NCBI GenBank assembly: GCA_951406725.2
Contig: OX597828.1
Location: 18,352,001 to 18,416,000 of the forward strand
Direction of reading: 5' to 3'
Length of the DNA stretch: 64,000 nucleotides
DNA from: Octopus vulgaris
Taxonomy: Eukaryota
Below are positions 56,200 to 64,000 of the stretch, piece by piece. The notes beneath the pieces were generated by a model. The model searched no databases. It was not told where the DNA came from and saw only the letters and a list, made by a program, of their open reading frames with translations. Position numbers and translations under genes: made by a program. Numbering within the stretch: position 1 is the first letter of the stretch; the number at the start of each line of letters is the position of its first letter.

Positions 56200-57806
56200 A
56201 TCTAGAGCATACATATAGTTTGTGTATGCAGATTCGTGCGAATGTCTATGCACGTGTAACATTAATTATGAAGTCATAAGTGTAATGCGATTACAGAAGC
56301 ATATAGAGCTATTAAATATATATATAATATATATGTAGATATGAGGGCATGCAATGTAAACATGGTGGCGATGAAATATATGCATTATATATAGCAATTT
56401 ATCATATGTCGAAATGTGATAATTTAGCGTTTAGTTAAACATATAATTGGAGTGCTGCTAATAGTAATTTGTTTCTGAAGCTGTTGAAACTAATTTATTA
56501 TCAACATCTCGTGTTTCATGTTAGGATAGATTAAACGGTAGCTCTGTTGAACCAAAGTTGTCAGCAGACTGTCTATAAATGTCTCTCTTATTTATACTTT
56601 AATTACTTCACTCCATATTCTCGTTCTGATCCTGCATCAGTCAGTTCCTATTACAAACACCCCACAATGTTTTCTCACGGTCCTCGCTGAACACACTATA
56701 TTAATTAACTTCAGCGGCATTTGATTCCAAGCTAATATCTTAATTCCACATGATCAACGTGTACACGACACGTATATCAAATATGTACGTAACAGGCTCT
56801 AAAATGTACGGATCATATATGCAGGGTGTTAAAGCCATACTATACGAAACACTCTATATTATAGCGAGACAAACCCATCTTCATCATAAGCACAATTTTA
56901 GTACATTATTGTGTGTTTTTTTTAAATATTGAGGTCTAGTTCGACCCAAAGCACAGCACATTAGGCATATGATCAAGTTGACCAGAACAATTAGAGAAGG
57001 ATTCTATAGAGTGGAAACTATGTAGATTTAGTAAAAGGAGGCATAATGTTCTTCGATGATGGATCTCATCACCCAGTTTAACACCAACAGTTGTCCCATT
57101 GGTATATTTAATGGAGTGCATGGTATTCTGAATATTCAAGAGTCTCCAATCTGAGACCGACTTTATTCTCTGCTCTATCAGACTGTATGACTATGTTATA
57201 CACTGACTCGTTGTTTCTTCTTGGGAATTTATTTTCGGTTACAGCTAACTGTAGAATACTCAGTTGTGGACATATTAAATTAAGGAGTAAGCTGTTTCGT
57301 TATTCAAACAATTGGAACACTCGTCGCTGAAGCCGACGGAGATCCTTTGCATTTGATTTGCTTTAAGAACCTGAAAACAAACATGGACATTAAGGAAAAA
57401 AATATTCGAAAATGTTTAGGGCAGGCAAATGATTAACGGACTGGGCTGTATGGTAAACGTTCGTGACACTTAGCCGAGGCTAGCACATGGCATATTCATC
57501 AAGTGCAACGCTTCTCAAAAACACGATCTAACATTTCTTTGGAGATTAAATTTCAACTAAATTTTAACCTCCATCCAGCTGTTTCATCCTGAAGATTAAA
57601 TACAGATAGCTTAGAGATTTTACACTAGATATTAATATGTATGCATGATGGGAGTAAAAGATAAATGTGTTTTATTATTACATGTCACAGACGGAAATAA
57701 TCGCCCAGTTCTTTGCGGCTTTGCTTCTTCATAAAGTAGTGTTTGCTAATCCGAACGACATTCGATCAACTATTACACCTTCCCCACGAATATAGTAGTT
57801 TGTTTA

Positions 57807-57938
57807 CAGGAGTGGCTGTGTGGTAAATAGCTTGCTTACGAACCACATGGTTCCAGGTTCAGTGTCTTCTACTATAGCCTTGGGCCGACCAAAGCCTTGT
57901 GAGTGGATTTGGCAGACAGAAACTGAAAGAAGCCCGTC

Positions 57939-57972
<34 letters not shown>

Positions 57973-58160
57973 GTGTGTGTGTGTGTGTCTCTGTGTTTAT
58001 CCTTCCCCAGCCCCAACATCGCTTGACAACCGATGCTAGTGTATTTACCTCCCCGTAACTGAGCGGTTCGGCAAAAGAGACCGATAGAATAAGTACTAGG
58101 CTTACAAAGAATAAGTCCTGGGGTCTTACTGAAACAAGTAAAAAAAGTAAAAGAGTAGAA
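57807..58160 (+). mobile_element. SINE family B copy
   Basis: Same modules with short internal deletions. Confidence 0.8.
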
Positions 58161-58579
58161 GAGTAATCCTATCACAAATAACTTGACTCCCGATGATAGG
58201 AAAGTACCTTTTTTTTTTCAGTTGTTAACCTCGTGGCTGTTCAGGTAAAAGCTAGCATTGAAATCAAAACGTCCGAGATTCACCTCCATTGCTCGACATT
58301 TTGAATAAGCAGGCGTGTTTGTTGAGGTTTCGAATCGCACCAAAGAGTGTGAATTAAATCGGACAGACAGAAAGAGTATGAAAGATGATCAATAAACACT
58401 GATGTTGATATAACTGACTCATCCCCTCTCCTAAATCTGCTGCCCTTGTGGCAAATTTTGGAAACATTATTATTAATATTATCATCATCAATATTATTAT
58501 TATTATTATTATTTTATTATTATTATCATCATCATCATCATCATCCTCCTCCTCATCATCATCATCATCATCATCCTCC

Positions 58580-58671
<92 letters not shown>

Positions 58672-59205
58672 GAGTGAGAGCGCAGTGCATGCCATCAAAG
58701 TGACACGGGTAAAATATACGAAACCCAGTATACCTATCATGACTATACGTCTGATAACGGTACACCAGGCACATGCATCACAACCATATGTGCGCAGCAT
58801 AGTGATCTCATATCAAGATAAACAGCGCATGACTTTGCAGGTGGGGCCCAGTTAGAATTTTCTTCTGGTCGAGTAGCTCATCCCATTCAAAAGGTCCCAG
58901 AATAAGGATTGTTTAAGGATGTTGAACGAAACACCCCTGTTTCGAAAGGTGAATTATTCAAACCCCAAAGAATCCCTCTCAGCACGTGGCTATGATGCTC
59001 CCCCACTATTTCTGCTTGTGATCAGAGATGCACATATCGTCAGTCACAAAGGGTCATGCTCAATTGGTTACGGTCAAACAACTGGCAAGCAAATCTGTAG
59101 TATTGAGCAGAATATTTGTTGTACCCCATCTTTTATACCAAGAGAAAACATTGTACATGATAAAACTTCCAATCAGTTGAGATCAGGATCCACGAGAGCC
59201 ACTGC
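58672..59205 (-). mobile_element. Family D copy
   Basis: Same fixed end adjoining (TTA)n. Confidence 0.8.
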
Positions 59206-59223
59206 TTGGTACTGCTGCTGCTG

Positions 59224-59265
<42 letters not shown>

Positions 59266-59267
59266 TA

Positions 59268-59316
<49 letters not shown>

Positions 59317-59329
59317 ATCAGCATCAATC

Positions 59330-59390
<61 letters not shown>

Positions 59391-59402
59391 ACAACATCAT
59401 CA

Positions 59403-59448
<46 letters not shown>

Positions 59449-59584
59449 TATTATTATTATTATTATTATTACGAACTCACATCTTAAAAACACGAAAAAC
59501 CGTTAGGCATTTCGCCCGACTTGCTAACGTTTATGCCAGCTCGCCGCCTTCTACAAAGAATATATTCTTTTTTAATCGACGCTC

Positions 59585-59950
59585 GAGGCCCGAAATTTGG
59601 GGGGAGGAGGAACAGTCGATTAAATCGATCCAGAACGAAACTGGTACTTAATTTATCGACCCCGAAAGGATGAAAGATAAAGTCGACCTCGGCGGAATTT
59701 GTACTCAGAACTTAACGGCAGACGAAATACCTATTTCTTTCTACCCAAGACAGAGAGGGCAAACAAGGACAGGCAAATGAATTAAGTCGATTATATCGAC
59801 CCCAGTGCGTAACTGGTACTTATTTAATCGACCCCGAAAGGACGAAAGGCAAAGTCGACCTCGGCGGAATTTTGAAATCAGAACGTAGCGGCAGACGAAA
59901 TACCGCTAAACATTTCGTCCGGCGTACTAACGTTTCTGCCAGCTCACTGC
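59585..59950 (-). mobile_element. SINE family A dimer
   Basis: Same architecture as 481-878, on the opposite strand. Confidence 0.82.
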
Positions 59951-61045
59951 CCTTAGATCTATAAACACTCTTTTCTACTCGAGGCTCAAGGCTCAAGGCT
60001 CAAAATTTTGGTAAGGGAGCCAGTCGATTAGATCGACCCCAGTACGCAGCTATCGTTTCTGCTAGGTCGAGTAGCGAGTAGGAGCCCCCAACGTTACGTA
60101 ACCGCTAACCTAACCTGCCAAGATATAGTGCTGAAAGATCTCAAATAGGAACACGGAAATGAATTACCCGTAAATTATAAATTAGTCAACGAACTTCAAA
60201 TCTCATTAGTACAACTTCGTAATTATAAACTATGTCACTGTATATAATTAACGATGAAGATAAAACCAAAAAACTTTTCAGTCAGAGTATAAAATCGCTT
60301 AGAAAATATCGCTTTTGTGAATGGATGTGTGTGTGTGTGTGTGTCTGTGTGTGCGTGCACGTGAGTGTGTGCGTGCACGTGAGTGTGTGTGAGTGAGAGT
60401 TGTATTTTGTAAGTTTTCTTGTGTGTGCATTTGTGTAAATGTGGGTATGTGGTGACTGCGTGTATGTGTACGTGTGTGTATCGACCTATGTCGGTGCTAA
60501 TGCTGCTTATGTATGTATAGCGACGTGTGTGAGTGTGCGTGTGTGTAAGTATATGGGTATGCGTGTATATGCCTGTATGTGTGAGTGGGTGTGTGTTTAT
60601 GTGTATGAGTGTGTGTGTGTGTGCGAAAATGTGTACGTGCTTAGGTGAGGATGTGTATGTGTGTTTATATGCATATGTCTATGCCTGTATGTGTGTACAT
60701 GTATGTATGTATGTGTGTATGTAAGTATGTATGTATGTCGGTATGTATGTATATATGTATGTCGGTATGCGTGTGTATGAGCGATGTGTACGTATCCGCA
60801 TCTATGTGCGCACTGACTGTAAATATTTGTGTGTGTATGTATGCATATACGTTTATGTATATATGTGTATGTATGACTGTACGTATATGTGTGTATGAGT
60901 GTATATGTGTGTGTGTGTGTGTTCGCGCGCGCGCATGTGGTAGTGGTGGGGGTGGGGGTGATTACTGGCGAAAAGAGGGAAACTCGTGACTGAATATGAA
61001 GTGACTTGGTGGAATCTCAGCTGATATTTGTGTTTATTATTGCAG

Positions 61046-61100
61046 GTCCAATGAAGTAACCGAAGCAAGAAGGAGAGACTTGCAGAGACACAGATCGATG
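61046..61100 (+). other. Candidate 55-nt exon of an unidentified host gene
   Basis: TTTGTGTTTATTATTGCAG| ... |GTGAGG with one open frame SNEVTEARRRDLQRHRSM. Confidence 0.3.
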
Positions 61101-61229
61101 GTGAGGACGACGGGGATTACGACGACTACGGAGATGGTGATGGCGATGACGACGACGACGATGATGATGATGACGACGACGATGATGATTACGACTATGA
61201 TGATGGTGATGATGACGGTGATGATGATA

Positions 61230-61286
<57 letters not shown>

Positions 61287-61932
61287 GGATGATGACGACG
61301 ACGATGATGATGGTGATAATGACGGTGATGATGATAATGATGGTGATGATGATGATGATGATGATGATGGGATGATGACGACGACGATGATGACGACGAC
61401 GATGATGATTAAGACTATGATGATGGTGATGATGACGGTGATGATGATAATGATGATGATGATGATGATGATGTTACTGATTACGATTACGATGATGGTG
61501 ATGATGATGGTAATGACAACGACGACGACGAAGAAGAAGACAACGGTGGTAAAGATAATATGACGGTTACGATGACAACAATGATGATAATGATGACGAC
61601 GATGGAAGAGGTGGTGGTGGTGGTGGTGGTGGCGGGTGGTGGGGATGATAATGATGATGATGGTAGTGGTGGTGATGGCGGTGGTAGTGGTGGTGGTGTT
61701 TCAGCTGATAATGGGAAAGAGCCGGAGTACAATGAATACGGTGGCGTCGGTGATGATGATGATTATGATGTTGTTACTGTGATGGTGGTGGTGGTGGTGG
61801 CATCGGCGGCGATGGCGGTGTTGCGGGTGCTGGCGACGGTTCGGGTGGTGGGGGTTGTTGTCATGCTGTTGGTGCTATTGGTGCCGTCGGCGGTAATAAT
61901 GCTGGTGCAACCGCTGCTGCTGCTGCTGCTGT

Positions 61933-61984
<52 letters not shown>

Positions 61985-62267
61985 AATGACAATGATGACT
62001 GTGATGGGGGAGGGGAGTAATACGTGTAGGAGGATGTTATGTTGAAAGATTACAACGGCGTTCATGAAGATCGTGATGATGTTAATGACGGTGACATAAT
62101 TATTATGATAATGAGGGTAAAGATAATCACAACTGCTCCTGCTGCTGCTGCTGATGATGATGATGATAATGATTATCATTATGATGATGATGGTGGTGAT
62201 GATATTGTAGATAATGACGGCGACAAGAATGGCAACTACGATGATGATGATGATGATAATGATGATG

Positions 62268-62318
<51 letters not shown>

Positions 62319-62331
62319 TTGATGATGATGG

Positions 62332-62370
<39 letters not shown>

Positions 62371-62386
62371 CGACGATGTCGATGAC

Positions 62387-62418
<32 letters not shown>

Positions 62419-63370
62419 CGATGGTGACCTTAGAAAGAGAAAATGTATAATAATGATTGTTCGTGACAGAAAGTTGAAGGCATTTTAGTTGTTATGGCGC
62501 TGTGGGGGGGGGAGAAAATGATCGTGATAATGATGATGTTGATGATGTGCCAACAACGATGTTAATGTCGACGAGGCTGCTGCTGCTGCTGCTGCTGCCC
62601 CTGAGAGTGATGATGATGATGATGATGATGATAATGATGATAATGTGGAGAAAGAGGTGGTGGAGGAGGACCGTCGTGGCGTTGGTGTTGTTGATGATTG
62701 TAAGGCTGCTTGGGGATGTCCATGATGATGACGATGAAGAAGAGGAGGGAGGAGAGGTGGAGAGGACGAGAGGATAATGACAATTATTATAAAGTTACAT
62801 GGGTTTTTTTTTGGGGGGGGGGTCTAGTGGGGGTGCTATTGATGATGATGATGATGATGGCGGTTGTGGTGGTGATTTTGGTGGTAGTATCGGAGGTGGT
62901 GGTTGTGGTTTTAGCGATGATGGTCATTGTAGTGTTTCTGGTGGTATTGGTGGTGGTGCTGCGGTGGTGGTGTTCATATTAATAGTGCTATTAGCGATTA
63001 TGGTAGTGATGGGTGCCGTAATGGAGGTGGTGGTGGCGGCGGCGGTGGAGGTGGAGGTGGTGGTGATGGTGGTGGCGGCGGCGGCGGCGGCGGCGGTGGA
63101 GGTGGTGGTAGCTATCTTGCTCATGCCGGCAGTGTCGGTGGCAGTGGCATGTGTGGTAGAGGTGGTGGTGGTGGTGGTGTTGTTGGTGATGATGTCGATG
63201 GTTTTGATAGCGGTAGTGGCGACGGCGGCGGCATTGTTATTGTTGATTGTGGTGGTGGTGGTGGTAGTTGTAGTGGTTGTTGTGGTTGTGGAGGTTCTGG
63301 TGGTAGTGGTGGTGCTGCTGTTTATGGTGCTTGTAGTGGTATCTATGGCGGCGACGGCGGCGGCTGCGGT
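61101..63370. repeat. Compound (GAT)n/(GGT)n/(GGC)n tract
   Basis: Direct reading. Confidence 0.95.
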
Positions 63371-63653
63371 GAGGCAGTGTTTGTGGTGGAGGGCGCGAAT
63401 GTGAGAACGTACATAATTGTGTGTATTTAGCAACTAAAATTATTCTCTGAATTAAAACTGCATTTCTTTCCTAACCATCTGTTAGTCATCAATTAATATC
63501 TATGAATTTAAAAGAAAAAGCCATCGGTATTATGTCAAAATATGGCAACAGAATAGAAATGCTTCAAATTCCTCTGCAGAGTAATCATTAGTCAACGAAG
63601 AGTCTTTTATAATTCCAAAGATAAGCAGGGTGGGCTTCGGTTACATTAACCTC

Positions 63654-64000
63654 TCCGTTGTTGAAAATAGATTGAGTAGAAAGAGGATTAAACCGCAACT
63701 AAATACAAAAATAAAATTTGTTACTCGTCCCGTATGCTAACGAGAAACGCTTTAGAATTTAAAGTGTTTCTCAACCGGGGTTTGTATGACCTTTGAGCGT
63801 TCATATAACCCTTCGGCGTTCATATAAAATTTTAAGGAGTCCGTTGTTGAAAATAGATTCGGTAGAGAGGGAATTAAACCGCAACGGAATGCAAAAATAA
63901 AACTTGTTACTCGTCCCGTATGCTAACGAGAAACACTTTAGAATTTAAAGTGTTTCTCAACCGGGGTTTGTATGACCTTTGAGCGTCCATATAACGCTAA
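63654..64000. repeat. Tandem duplication, period ~186 bp, running off the window end
   Basis: TCCGTTGTTGAAAATAGATT starts at 63654 and at 63840. Confidence 0.9.

Noticed and set aside
58680-59200. Family D plus-strand frames as an endonuclease remnant
   Set aside because: Only a vague resemblance, stops differ among copies, and the fixed tailed end implies the opposite orientation

Overview
AT-rich, microsatellite-saturated eukaryotic DNA with no recognisable intact host gene. The SINE families and repeat landscape are consistent with an octopus or other coleoid cephalopod genome (inference, not searched). The only long real ORF (6645-8447, minus) is the 5'-truncated RT + CCHC + restriction-like endonuclease region of an R4/Dong-clade non-LTR retrotransposon sitting in (TAA)n. 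Several more Dong fragments from about four lineages occur, including a head-to-tail triple array and a fold-back palindrome. The window also holds decayed L1/Tx1, RTE, Penelope-like (GIY-YIG), maT/Tc1, mariner, hAT-MITE and Helitron-like remnants and dozens of tRNA-derived SINEs. The most interesting signal is non-coding: seven hammerhead-ribozyme (HHR) motifs, several in inverted pairs. One HHR family appears to be joined to a tRNA-like Pol III head through a (TAA)n spacer and to integrate as palindromes (one copy has a 16-bp TSD). This suggests a ribozyme-carrying, Penelope-dependent SINE-like element. Nearly all ORFs in the supplied track are microsatellite artefacts. Coordinates were read by eye and may be off by a few bases.
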